Assembly: GCA_032718475.1 (NCBI GenBank)
Contig: JAUCBJ010004665.1
Location: forward strand, 1-43,054
DNA length: 43,054 nucleotides
DNA from: Nemertoderma westbladi
Lineage: Eukaryota; Animalia; Xenacoelomorpha
Reading direction: 5' to 3'
In this document: in pieces, positions 1-11,836 of the stretch
Numbering within the stretch: position 1 is the first letter of the stretch
Layout of the letters: every line of letters begins with the position of its first letter
Program-made: the position numbers and the translations under genes
Notes under the pieces: model-generated
Databases searched by the model: none
The model's input: the letters and a program-made list of their open reading frames with translations, nothing else
What the model was told of the DNA's origin: nothing

Positions 1-601
1 AGAACGATTTAGTGTTACAAAATAAATTGAACTGTATAGTACACTATACTATACACTATACAAAATGAATTAAACTGCAGTATTTTACTACATTGCATCC
101 ATAGTTACTGCGATTCCAATTACTGTACTCTTCAACTCCCAATGCTGCTTTACTCACTGTTAAATAATTTAGTGTTCTAGAATATTTATTACGTAACTAG
201 AGAGCCGATTAACAACATAAACCAATATTGGATATTGAGTTCCATTTGGAGTTCGCCTTACAGACACTAAAGTTGTAATAACTTTACTTTAACTCAAATT
301 ACTTGCAAACCTTTTCTAACCGATGCTCTTTCAACACATGTAATAAAAATTTTAAAAACTCCACCAAAAATATTTATTTTTCTATTTTCGCCGAGAAAAA
401 GGTTAAATAAATGCAAATTCAATTGATTACTGTATCTTCTAGGGAAAAAAAGTACCCTTGTTCAGTTAATTTAAATCAGCTCACAAACATACGTACACCA
501 TTCTCAATCTGTGTTTAAATATAAGCAGTGAAACATGCATATTAATTATCAATGGAAGATGAATATTAATAATATACCTTGCAATTTATCGGTTTTCATT
601 A

Positions 602-648
602 AGAGAGAGAGAGAGAGGGAGAGAGGGGGGGGGGGGGGGGGGGGGGGG
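602..648. repeat. (GA)n microsatellite followed by poly-G tract
   Basis: agagagag... running directly into a G homopolymer of more than 20 nt. Confidence 0.9.
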
Positions 649-873
649 TCGGGGTTGCGGTTACCCCCTTTCTTTTTCTGACAGTTATTTTAATGCGTTT
701 TCCAAAGTAAAATGTTATTCCGAATCTGAAATCAATTTTTCGATAAGTTGTTTCGTTCTCGAGTTATGGAAACATTTTTTGAATTTTTGATGAAGCGCCA
801 CATGTAAAACCAAAAGAAATCATCCCAAAATTTCTAATTTCTAATTTGCAATTTTCGGAACCGCGCCAAAAAC

Positions 874-1092
874 GGGTCAGAGTAAAACGCGGATCCGGAT
901 TCTACATTTAACATTGTCCCTACGGAAGTCGATTTTTTTTACATTCTTTTAACTCCCAAAAATAAAACTATAACCTGTTCTATTGACTTTAGTTTATTGT
1001 TTTGGTTAAAATAACGTGCCACTGCAACCCGCTCCTTTCCCTTAATTGATAATTTTGAAATCCGGATCCGGATCCGCGTTTTACACCTACCC
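874..1092. mobile_element. MITE, Mutator(MULE)-like, 219 bp
   Basis: ~27-bp TIRs gggtcagagtaaaacgcggatccggat / atccggatccgcgttttacacctaccc; perfect 9-bp TSD gccaaaaac at 865-873 and 1093-1101; G-starting TIR plus 9-bp TSD is typical of MULEs. Confidence 0.8.
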
Positions 1093-1141
1093 GCCAAAAA
1101 CTTCCAAACTATATCAAAACTATAAAAGAATATGTCATATT

Positions 1142-1489
1142 AGAGATGTTGAAGGCCGACACCGGCTGGTAAAGTTGAAATAGAACCGTAGAAAGATATT
1201 GAACTGACGAAAAATTACCGCTGGGATCGGGATTCGAACCAGGGACATCTCACAAACCGTGTGATAGCCAATAGTTCAACAAAATATATAAATATCCATA
1301 TAAATATATTTAATCTCCCCGATTTAACATCTTTACATTACTTTCTATAAACCTGCAGTTTGGCCACTGTTACCTCTGGGATATGCAGAGGTCCCTGGTT
1401 CGAATCACGGTCCCAGAGTTAATTTTTCAACAGGTCAATATATTTCTATAGGTCAATATAATCTCCCCGCTAACATCTTTACTTTCTAT
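1142..1489. mobile_element. tRNA-derived (SINE-like) insertion with two inverted tRNA 3' halves
   Basis: Arms ~1186-1250 and ~1387-1452 are inverted copies, each with a T-arm/B-box (ggttcgaatc) and a downstream TTTTT; flanked by 14/15 direct repeat agaa[t/a]atgtcatatt at 1127-1141 and 1490-1504. Confidence 0.6.
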
Positions 1490-2246
1490 AGAAAATGTCA
1501 TATTTATCGAAATACTGATTTCTCAGATTCGGAATCACCATAAAAATTTGCATTGGAAAACACATTACATAAACTGTTTAAAAAAAAATACCGCGGTGAA
1601 AACCCCAAAAAATTCATAAAATTTCATGACACACTGGAAAGGCAGGGAAAACCTTGAAAATACGAAATAAACCTAAAAGAAAAGCATCCTAACTGTATGC
1701 GCAAGCTGAGTGGCCCGAAACCAAAGCGATGAAATGATACCAATATAGCAGAAACAAAACCGTAGGCATTACTTAGGTCACCGGTACTACTGTGTGCCAC
1801 AGCGTCTACCTACCTACGGTCAGTAACACCAGTCAGTAGCGATACAAGCAGAATACCGTCACCGTGAGTCTCTCACCTCTAATAATACCCAATATCAAGT
1901 CTTTGGTAAATAAATTTAAAGATTCCCGCCAAGGGCCGCCTATAATAATTCATTAACCAATTAATTAATTAGTACTTGGAGAAGCTGGACTTTATTTACC
2001 TTTAACATGTAAACATAATTAGTATAGCGATCAACAGATTGGGGGACTGAAATAACAGCTGATTAACTGAATTCCGCAAAAATATACATTAAGAACACAA
2101 TATTTCCATTTTCGAATCAAATAATAATGTTTAACTAAATAACTACATACTGTTAAACTATTTATGGTGATTAACAACTAACTACTAAGTATAATCAACT
2201 AACACTTACAATGACTAACTAGGTATAACAACACTTTAACTATACG

Positions 2247-5200
2247 ACTACTACTACTAGGTCGAGCGAACTCGGACAGTGGAAATGAGATCCTTCCAGG
2301 CTTCCCGATTCTACTACTACTACTAGGTCGAGCGAACTCGGACAGTGGAAATGAGATCCTTCCAGGCTTCCCGATTCTCCAACTACTACTAGGTCGAGCG
2401 AACTCGGACAGTGGAAATGAGATCCTTCCAGGCTTCCCGATTCTCCAACTACTACTAGGTCGAGCGAACTCGGACAGTGGAAATGAGATCCTTCCAGGCT
2501 TCCCGATTCTCCAACTACTACTAGGTCGAGCGAACTCGGACAGTGGAAATGAGATCCTTCCAGGCTTCCCGATTCTACTACTACTACTAGGTCGAGCGAA
2601 CTCGGACAGTGGAAATGAGATCCTTCCAGGCTTCCCGATTCTCCAACTACTACTAGGTCGAGCGAACTCGGACAGTGGAAATGAGATCCTTCCAGGCTTC
2701 CCGATTCTCCTACTACTACTAGGTCGAGCGAACTCGGACAGTGGAAATGAGATCCTTCCAGGCTTCCCGATTCTACTACTACTACTAGGTCGAGCGAACT
2801 CGGACAGTGGAAATGAGATCCTTCCAGGCTTCCCGATTCTCCAACTACTACTAGGTCGAGCGAACTCAGACAGTGGAAATGAGATCCTTCCAGGCTTCCC
2901 GATTCTACTACTACTACTAGGTCGAGCGAACGCGGACAGTGGAAATGAGATCCTTCCAGGCTTCCCGATTCTACTACTACTACTAGGTCGAGCGAACTCG
3001 GACAGTGGAAATGAGATCCTTCCAGGCTTCCCGATTCTACTACTACTACTAGGTCGAGCGAACTCGGACAGTGGAAATGAGATCCTTCCAGGCTTCCCGA
3101 TTCTACTACTACTACTAGGTCGAGCGAACTCGGACAGTGGAAATGAGATCCTTCCAGGCTTCCCGATTCTCCAACTACTACTAGGTCGAGCGAACTCGGA
3201 TAGTGGAAATGAGATCCTTCCAGGCTTCCCGATTCTCCAACTACTACTAGGTCGAGCGAACTCGGACAGTGGAAATGAGATCCTTCCAGGCTTCCCGATT
3301 CTACTACTACTACTAGGTCGAGCGAACTCGGACTTGTGGAAATGAGATCCTTCCAGGCTTCCCGATTCTCCAACTACTACTAGGTCGAGCGAACTCGGAC
3401 AGTGGAAATGAGATCCTTCCAGGCTTCCCGATTCTCCAACTACTACTAGGTCGAGCGAACTCGGACAGTGGAAATGAGATCCTTCCAGGCTTCCCGATTC
3501 TACTACTACTACTAGGTCGAGCGAACTCGGACAGTGGAAATGAGATCCTTCCAGGCTTCCCGATTCTCCAACTACTACTAGGTCGAGCGAACTCGGATAG
3601 TGGAAATGAGATCCTTCCAGGCTTCCCGATTCTCCAACTACTACTAGGTCGAGCGAACTCGGACAGTGGAAATGAGATCCTTCCAGGCTTCCCGATTCTA
3701 CTACTACTACTAGGTCGAGCGAACTCGGACAGTGGAAATGAGATCCTTCCAGGCTTCCCGATTCTACTACTACTACTGTAGGTCGAGCGAGCTCGGACAG
3801 TGGAAATGAGATCCTTCCAGGCTTCCCGATTCTACTACTACTACGTAGGTCGAGCGAGCTCGGACAGTGGAAATGAGATCCTTCCAGGCTTCCCGATTCT
3901 ACTACTACTACTGTAGGTCGAGCGAGCTCGGACAGTGGAAATGAGATCCTTCCAGGCTTCCCGATTCTACTACTACTACTGTAGGTCGAGCGAGCTCGGA
4001 CAGTGGAAATGAGATCCTTCCAGGCTTCCCGATTCTACTACTACTACTGTAGGTCGAGCGAGCTCGGACAGTGGAAATGAGATCCTTCCAGGCTTCCCGA
4101 TTCTACTACTACTACGTAGGTCGATCGAGCTCGGATAGTGGAAATGAGATTCTTCCAGGCTTCCCGATTCTACTACTACTACTGTAGGTCGATCGAGCTC
4201 GGATAGTGGAAATGAGATCCTTCCAGGCTTCCCGATTCTACTACTACTACTGTAGGTCGAGCGAGCTCGGACAGTGGAAATGAGATCCTTCCAGGCTTCC
4301 CGATTCTCCAACTACTACTAGGTCGAGCGAACTCGGACAGTGGAAATGAGATCCTTCCAGGCTTCCCGATTCTACTACTACTACTAGGTCGAGCGAACTC
4401 GGACAGTGGAAATGAGATCCTTCCAGGCTTCCCGATTCTACTACTACTACTATGTCGAGCGAACTCGGACAGTGGAAATGAGATCCTTCCAGGCTTCCCG
4501 ATTCTACTACTACTACTAGGTCGAGCGAACTCAGACAGTGGAAATGAGATCCTTCCAGGCTTCCCGATTCTACTACTACTACTAGGTCGAGCGAACGCGG
4601 ACAGTGGAAATGAGATCCTTCCAGGCTTCCCGATTCTCCAACTACGACTAGGTCGAGCGAACTCGGACAGTGGAAATGAGATCCTTCCAGGCTTCCCGAT
4701 TCTCCAACTACGACTAGGTCGAGCGAACTCGGACAGTGGAAATGAGATCCTTCCAGGCTTCCAGATTCTCCAACTACTACTAGGTCGAGCGAACTCGGAC
4801 AGTGGAAATGAGATCCTTCCAGGCTTCCCGATTCTCCAACTACTACTACTAGGTCGAGCGAACTCGGACAGTGGAAATGAGATCCTTCCGGGCTTCCCGA
4901 TTCTCCAACTACTACTACTAGGTCGAGCGAACTCGGACAGTGGAAATGAGATCCTTCCAGGCTTCCCGATTCTCCAACTACGACTAGGTCGAGCGAACTC
5001 GGACAGTGGAAATGAGATCCTTCCAGGCTTCCCGATTCTCCAACTACGACTAGGTCGAGCGAACTCGGACAGTGGAAATGAGATCCTTCCAGGCTTCCCG
5101 ATTCTCCAACTACTACTAGGTCGAGCGAACTCGGACAGTGGAAATGAGATCCTTCCAGGCTTCCCGATTCTACTACTTCTACTAGGTCGAGCGAACTCGG

Positions 5201-5966
5201 ACAGTGGAAATGAGATCCTTCCAGGCTTCCCGATTCTCCAACTACTACTAGGTCGAACGAACTCGGACAGTGGAAATGAGATCCTTCCAGGCTTCCCGAT
5301 TCTCCAACTACGACTAGGTTGAGCGAACTCGGACAGTGGAAATGAGATCCTTCCAGGCTTCCCGATTCTCCAACTACGACTAGGTCGAGCGAACTCGGAC
5401 AGTGGAAATGAGATCCTTCCAGGCTTCCCGATTCTCCAACTACGACTAGGTCGAGCGAACTCGGACAGTGGAAATGAGATCCTTTCAGGCTTCCCGATTC
5501 TCCAACTACGACTAGGTCGAGCGAACTCGGACAGTGGAAATGAGATCCTTCCAGGCTTCCCGATTCTCCAACTACGACTAGGTCGAGCGAACTCGGACAG
5601 TGGAAATGAGATCCTTCCAGGCTTCCCGATTCTCCAACTACGACTAGGTCGAGCGAACTCGGACAGTGGAAATGAGATCCTTCCAGGCTTCCCGATTCTC
5701 CAACTACGACTAGGTCGAGCGAACTCGGACAGTGGAAATGAGATCCTTCCAGGCTTCCCGATTCTCCAACTACGACTAGGTCGAGCGAACTCGGACAGTG
5801 GAAATGAGATCCTTCCAGGCTTCCCGATTCTCCAACTACGACTAGGTCGAGCGAACTCGGACAGTGGAAATGAGATCCTTCCAGGCTTCCCGATTCTCCT
5901 ACTACTACTAGGTCGAGCGAACTCGGACAGTGGAAATGAGATCCTTCCAGGCTTCCCGATTCTCCA
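2247..5966. repeat. 66-bp satellite, ~56 copies
   Basis: Unit ctactactactactaggtcgagcgaactcggacagtggaaatgagatccttccaggcttcccgatt; longer tgtagg/gagctc variants cluster at ~3775-4270 and tacgacta variants at ~4640-5850. Confidence 0.97.
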
Positions 5967-6642
5967 TAGTTGTCGCAATTTCGTTTCTCCCAAGTTCAGT
6001 ATCCCTTTCAAGTTGATCTATATATGTTATATATCTACTTAACTATACTCAATGACTTAACGACTGTATTTAACTCACTGACCCTCTGTCTCGGTGTCTG
6101 GAAGCGGTAGGAACCGTGGAGGTTCCGAACTGTTAGGGGAGGTGGGAGGCAGACGGAGAACCGAACCTCGGCGTTCCATTGGGTTAAATCGAACCAAATC
6201 TACAGCAAATAAATATTATAATATAAGAAGAGTGCCAGATTTTTCTATTGTGTTAAAAGTTTCAATAAAGGGAAATTAAAAAAAAGCCTAACTATTTAAA
6301 ATAATAAATCACTAAGGATCTTTGAAATGGAAGAACGTCTCAGTGCCACACCACGTATTGGGTGTGTGTGTTAGTTTACCCCCATTAATCGTTCCAAAGG
6401 GTGTCGAAAAAGTTAAAAAAAAAGGTGCAGGAATGATAAATATGAGTTCTGGAATATTTATAATGTAAGTAGAATCAGCAGCACAATAAATTAGGCTTAT
6501 TGGCACTACAGAAAATTTATAGAATATTAAATTACATTTTGGTGCAATTACAATAATAATAACTATTTACATACTTGTGTGCAAAGTAGCACTTTACGTT
6601 TACAGTGTGATGATCCGAGTGGCTTTGTTACACGAACGAACG

Positions 6643-6721
6643 TTACGTGGTAACCAATAACGGCGTTAAGTAATGTCCCCTCAGTGGACATTACTTAACA
6701 CCGTCATGGGTTACCACGTAA
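6643..6721. repeat. Near-perfect 36-bp-arm palindrome
   Basis: ttacgtggtaaccaataacggcgttaagtaatgtcc, 7-nt loop, then ggacattacttaacaccgtcatgggttaccacgtaa (33/36 pairs); partial arm copy near 6817-6836. Confidence 0.8.
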
Positions 6722-7233
6722 ACAATAACACCAAATACAATACTAAATGTACAGACCAATACAATGCTGTAATGTCCTCTACAAGTTGTAAAGTGCTAAA
6801 TAACAACTCGCTGTTACTAACGGCGTTGAGTAATGTTACAATTTTGGATAAAATATATATAAATATATTAAAAGAAAGAGGACAGAGAGAAAAGTGGGAA
6901 TGTACAGGTACATTCTCGTTGCTCAGTATATTTAGGTTGACTTACCTGGTATCGGGACCTCCAGACTCTCTTGTACGTTCATGGACCGCGCACGTAACAT
7001 CGCCCCGGACACAGAAACCCGTCTCCGTGACAACTGGCTGAACGAAGGGGCTCTGGGGATCAGACCACCAATACCGGGCGGGGGTTTGTGATTGGCTGGG
7101 CTGAGTAGAAGGGGTGCAGGGCATGTTGTCTCGCCCATCAGACGATCCAGATACTCTGAGAAACTTTGGTGGCCTGGAAAAATTAAAGGTTACAACGTCA
7201 TGGTTCAGCAACGTTGCACCGGGCTCAGACCTT

Positions 7234-7549
7234 GTGGGGCGAGCCACGAAGTGAGCGAAGCCTTAGCATATGGGTGCCATTAACGAGTTGTCTGTCGTCG
7301 CCGTAAATTTTTGATTGCTAATAACTCGGTTATTCCTTGATGAAATTAAACGAAACTTGGTACGTATGTTATGTAGTCCGTCAAAAGTTTAGAAAGAATC
7401 TGAATTTTCGTAAAAAACGAACGAACGCAACGAGGCAAATGAAGGAGACGAATATTGTGTTGACGACTTCAGACTAACGACAGACAACTCGTTGATGGGG
7501 CCCCTATATGCTAAGGCTTTGCTCACTTCGTGCTGCGCGAAGGCCCCAC
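7234..7549. mobile_element. MITE-like element with ~65-70-bp inverted repeats
   Basis: gtggggc...cacgaagtgagcgaagccttagcatatgggtgccattaacgagttgtctgtcgt (7234-7298) vs acgacagacaactcgttgatggggcccctatatgctaaggctttgctcacttcgtg...gccccac (7477-7549); no TSD found. Confidence 0.7.
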
Positions 7550-7867
7550 GAACGTGTGCTATGGTAACTGGTAACTATGGTTACTGGTAACTGTTTACTA
7601 CATATGTTATATTATATTATACATAGAAGGAAAGACAAGAAGCTAGATTTCCCCATCGTCCAGGTCAGGAACACCCGTCCCCTACAGAACCAGTAAATAC
7701 AGACCTCTATCTCAGTAGAACTGTATCACCCCGCTCGCGCTCCGTACCCGGCCGCCAGCAACACTCTAAGACCTCGGCTACCATGACAAATTACAACATG
7801 TAATGTTGATTTAAACGTGTAAACTATCTTTATGTCCACGTAGCGAGACTTCTAGTATTCACTCCGT

Positions 7868-8397
7868 CCAGTATTGGCTCAGTTGGCAGAGCGTGGGATT
7901 TGGGAATCTCTATTACAAGGATCGGCATGCTGCATTGCAGTTGCATTTTTAAGAATGCTGTACCGGCTTGTCGACAAAATTGCACCGCCACAACTCCCTA
8001 TCACCCATGACATTTGCTAGATCATCTGCATCTTCAAGGCCTGTGTCCTTTAAGATGCGTCTCAAGAAAGTCACGGGCTGTCCACCATGCTTATTCACTC
8101 CATGAGGCTGCCAAAGTACAAGATTATGCACTGGTTGGTCCTCACGGCGAAAGCAATGTCCTGCAAAGCGGAGGTAATTTTGTTCTAGTGTCAAGCTTGG
8201 GGGAACCAATAAGACACCTCCAATGTTATAGTGTCTGGTGGGAGATGTGTGCATTGTACTTGACACAATGAACCCGGCGTAGCATTCTTGTGAATGTGCC
8301 ATCCAGAGATTTGGTGTCCTCAGCAGTTACAGCCCAGCATGGACTCCCGTAGAGGAGTACTGGAACTACTGCTACCGAGTTCAATCCTCCATTCCGG
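7868..8397 (+). pseudogene. tRNA-derived sequence (SINE head or tRNA pseudogene) split by a LINE insertion
   Basis: 5' half ccagtattggctcagttggcagagcgtgggatttgggaatctc (A-box, 7868-7910) and 3' half accgagttcaatcctccattccgg (B-box-like, 8374-8397) lie on either side of the LINE; T-run follows. Confidence 0.55.
7911..8373 (-). mobile_element. 5'-truncated, frameshifted non-LTR retrotransposon (RTE-like) 3' end
   Basis: Translates to VVPVLLYGSPCW...LDGTFTRMLRR and LRFAGHCFRR...DRELWR, the post-RT C-terminal region; same family and same short 3' UTR as 24283-25165. Confidence 0.85.
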
Positions 8398-8988
8398 TAA
8401 ATGTTTTTTTGTTGTAAGATTGGTAGTAAGCCATTCAAGGAAACAGTTCGTGCGTTAGTAGACGCGGAGCTTTGCACGATTTCGCGCTTGTTTATAATCA
8501 CACTGCTATTTTATTTTCATAACAAAAAAATTTCAGAAACTTTTTCGTGTGATGTCGGTATGTAACGATGTGTTTCCCTTATATGTATGTGTGTATTGTA
8601 TTAAATATGTCGGCAATAAATATATTTCACTAATTTGTGTAATTTCATTTAGTCTCGCTTGAATTTTAGAACTAAAACCTGCCAACTCGTGTAAAACTCA
8701 ATACACCCGCTGAGAATAATTGAATCTCAATTTTGTGACAAATTTGTGACAAAAAGTGCTGCTTTCCGATATTTTTCTTATTAAAGAACATTACTTTTTC
8801 TATTCCACGGGGTTATTTATGGCAATACAAATTAATAAGTTACTTATAGAATCAACAGAACATAATTTATAACCAAATATGATCGAATAATTAATTAATT
8901 TACGATAAATTAATAATGTTGTTTGATTAGTTTACTAATTTAACCTACTCAAAATCTGAACAAGTAAATATAATTATCTAATTAAGTA

Positions 8989-9173
8989 AATTAAACAGGA
9001 CTTAGGATGATCCAACTCTATAGCAAATGGAGCGGAAAAAATGAATTTGCTACCAGCAAGGATCGAACCCGCGTCTCCCGGTAAACGTTCAGGTATGCTG
9101 ACCGCTACACCACGGAGGCACTTTTCCGCTCCATTTGATATAGAGTTTGATCATCCTAAGTCCTTTTTAAATT
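8989..9173. mobile_element. Composite element: tRNA-like unit enclosed by ~50-bp inverted repeats
   Basis: aggacttaggatgatccaactctatagcaaatggagcggaaaa (8997-9039) vs ttttccgctccatttgatatagagtttgatcatcctaagtcct (9122-9164), extending imperfectly outward. Confidence 0.65.
9048..9119 (-). tRNA. Degenerate tRNA-like sequence (pseudo-tRNA/SINE head)
   Basis: GCCTCCGTGGTGTAGCGGTCAGCATACCTGAACGTTTACCGGGAGACGCGGGTTCGATCCTTGCTGGTAGCA: A-box, B-box, pairable T-arm and a T6 run just downstream; mismatched acceptor stem and non-canonical anticodon loop argue against a functional tRNA. Confidence 0.55.
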
Positions 9174-9226
9174 AATAATTTTTATAATCTATGGATGTTA
9201 AAACATATAAATAATAAATATAATTA

Positions 9227-10623
9227 TATATATTCAGATTAATTATATATATTCAGATACAATAACTCTACTCTACTAATAATATGTATACATACATCAG
9301 TATATATTCAGATACAATAACTATACTCTACTAATAATATGTATACATACAGCAGTATATATTCAGATACAATAACTATACTCTACTAATAATATGTATA
9401 CATACAGCAGTATATATTCAGATATAATAACAATACTCTACTAATAATATGTATACATACAGCAGTATATATTCAGATACAATAACTATACTCTACTAAT
9501 AATATGTATACATACAGCAGTATATATTCAGATACAATAACTATACTCTACTAATAATATGTATACATACAGCAGTATATATTCAGGTATATATTCAGAT
9601 ACAATAACTATACTCTACTAATAATATGTATACATACAGCAGTATATATTCAGATACAATAACTATACTCTACTAATAATATGTATACATACAGCAGTAT
9701 ATATTCAGATACAATAACTATAATCTACTAATAATATGTATACATACATCAGTATATATTCAGATACAATAACTATACTCTACTAATAATATGTATACAT
9801 ACAGCAGTATATATTCAGATACAATAACTATACTCTACTAATAATATGTATACATACAGCAGTATATATTCAGATATAATAACTATACTCTACTAATAAT
9901 ATGTATACATACAGCAGTATATATTCAGATACAATAACTATACTCTACTAATAATATGTATACATACAGCAGTATATATTCAGATACAATAACTACACTT
10001 TACTAATAATATGTATACATACAGCAGTATATATTCAGATACAATAACTATACTCTACTAATAATATGTATACATACAGCAGTATATATTCAGATACAAT
10101 AACTACACTTTACTAATAATATGTATACATACAGCAGTATATATTCAGATACAATAACTATACTCTACTAATAATATGTATACATACAGCAGTATATATT
10201 CAGATACAATAACTATACTTTACTAATAATATGTATACATACAGCAGTATATATTCAGATACAATAACTATACTCTACTAATAATATGTATACATACAGC
10301 AGTATATATTCAGATACAATAACTATACTCTACTAATAATATGTATACATACAGCAGTATATATTCAGATACAATAACTATACTCTACTAATAATATGTA
10401 TACATACAGCAGTATATATTCAGATACAATAACTATACTCTACTAATAATATGTATACATACAGCAGTATATATTCAGATACAATAACTATACTCTACTA
10501 ATAATATGTATACATACAGCAGTATATATTCAGATACAATAACTATACTCTACTAATAATATGTATACATACAGCAGTATATATTCAGATACAATAACTA
10601 TACTTTACTTTACTAATAATATG
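9227..10623. repeat. 55-bp AT-rich satellite, array 1, ~25 copies
   Basis: Unit tatatattcagatacaataactatactctactaataatatgtatacatacagcag. Confidence 0.97.
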
Positions 10624-11387
10624 CTATCAGCTCAACTGTTTATCTGATGTCGGAAGTTTCAAGTAAAATATAATTCAACTTTACTTTATTAGATCGCGTA
10701 ATTTATTGATATTCTTTATTACACATTGTCACATTATCCGAAGGATTACTAGGTCATATTAAATTAACGTTTATTGTTTTGGTTAGATATTGGTTTTATT
10801 TTCTCCGAAATGGGATTTGCGTCCAGTTCCCCCCTGTCTCAGCCTTGGCTAGCTGGGACTTTCCAAAATCAATATTTATTATATCAATATGTTCAATTTA
10901 TTAGTTCATATGGGCCACACTTGGAATCACAAATATAATTATTAACATTTCGGTCACATTAACCTTTATTATACTATAATAGAAAATTATAATAATATAA
11001 TAAGGCATCTTGTCAAAGTGATATAAATTGGGATGGATGTTATCGGGGGTTGAACCAGCGCTGTATTGTATCATTTCAAGTTAATAAATATAATAAGGTC
11101 GATTACGCTATTTAATAACCAAAGGAGGTTGTATGAGTTATGTATAGTATTATTTTAATTATTTGTATGGAATTTATTTCGCACTATCAAATCGCCGGGA
11201 CGATTTGGAATTTAAATCGTAGTGCGACATTATTTCTCAGTATGTCCCTACGCCATACATTTTACTATATATTTCCAGTATATTCAGTTAATATCCAGTA
11301 TGTCACCGCGTCATTATTAGGTTGTTCTAGAAAGTTTAAGTGCAAAACTACAAATAATTCCCCACAAATAAATAAAATTACATTAGC

Positions 11388-11484
11388 CATTGTTCATAAT
11401 TAGCACTTTAAAGCTTTACGGCCCTCGTTCTATTACAAAATCACTCGTGCCGTAACGCTATAAAGTGCAATTCTATGTACAATG
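11388..11484. repeat. Imperfect ~40-bp-arm palindrome, probably a small transposon relic; second copy at 17963-18060
   Basis: cattgttcataattagcactttaaagctttacggc vs gccgtaacgctataaagtgcaattctatgtacaatg. Confidence 0.55.
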
Positions 11485-11836
11485 ACGTATATAATAGTTA
11501 ATATCATAAAGAAAGTAGTGATGTAATTATGTTTATTTAATATAAAGAACAAATTATTCGAAGTTTAAAAAGTTTTCTACGGCAGTTTTTCTGAATTAAT
11601 AACAAAAAAGTTATTTACTGTATCACGATATTTATTAACAACTAATTACTAATAATTAATTATTATTTATAATATTGGTATGCTAATTAAGCGTAAAAAT
11701 ATCAACCAAATTTTTTCCTATCCAGCAACTTATATTAATTAACTAGTCAAAATGAAAACAATTAAATAAAGTTACAATCTACAAAAAATGTACAAAAACC
11801 GAATTATATAATTAATAGTTAATAATAGTAGATTCG

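Larger units (their letters stand above)
698..1560. mobile_element. Degenerate foldback/non-autonomous DNA transposon relic hosting two nested insertions
   Basis: ttttccaaagtaaaatgttattccgaatctgaaatcaattttttcgataa (~698-745) is an imperfect inverted repeat of ttatcgaaatactgatttctcagattcggaatcacc...ttggaaaa (~1504-1560); true termini not resolved. Confidence 0.45.

Noticed and set aside
2240-6011. Long minus-strand ORFs (377, 111, 610 aa)
   Set aside because: Translations of the 66-bp satellite; frames switch at indels and there is no unique domain
6930-7230. GC-rich patch with several short overlapping ORFs
   Set aside because: No recognisable protein motif or ribozyme core; cannot be assigned without a search
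7640-7787. GC-richer segment starting gtcatggtagccgaggtc on the minus strand (A-box-like)
   Set aside because: No convincing B-box or cloverleaf; possibly an old SINE but unsupported
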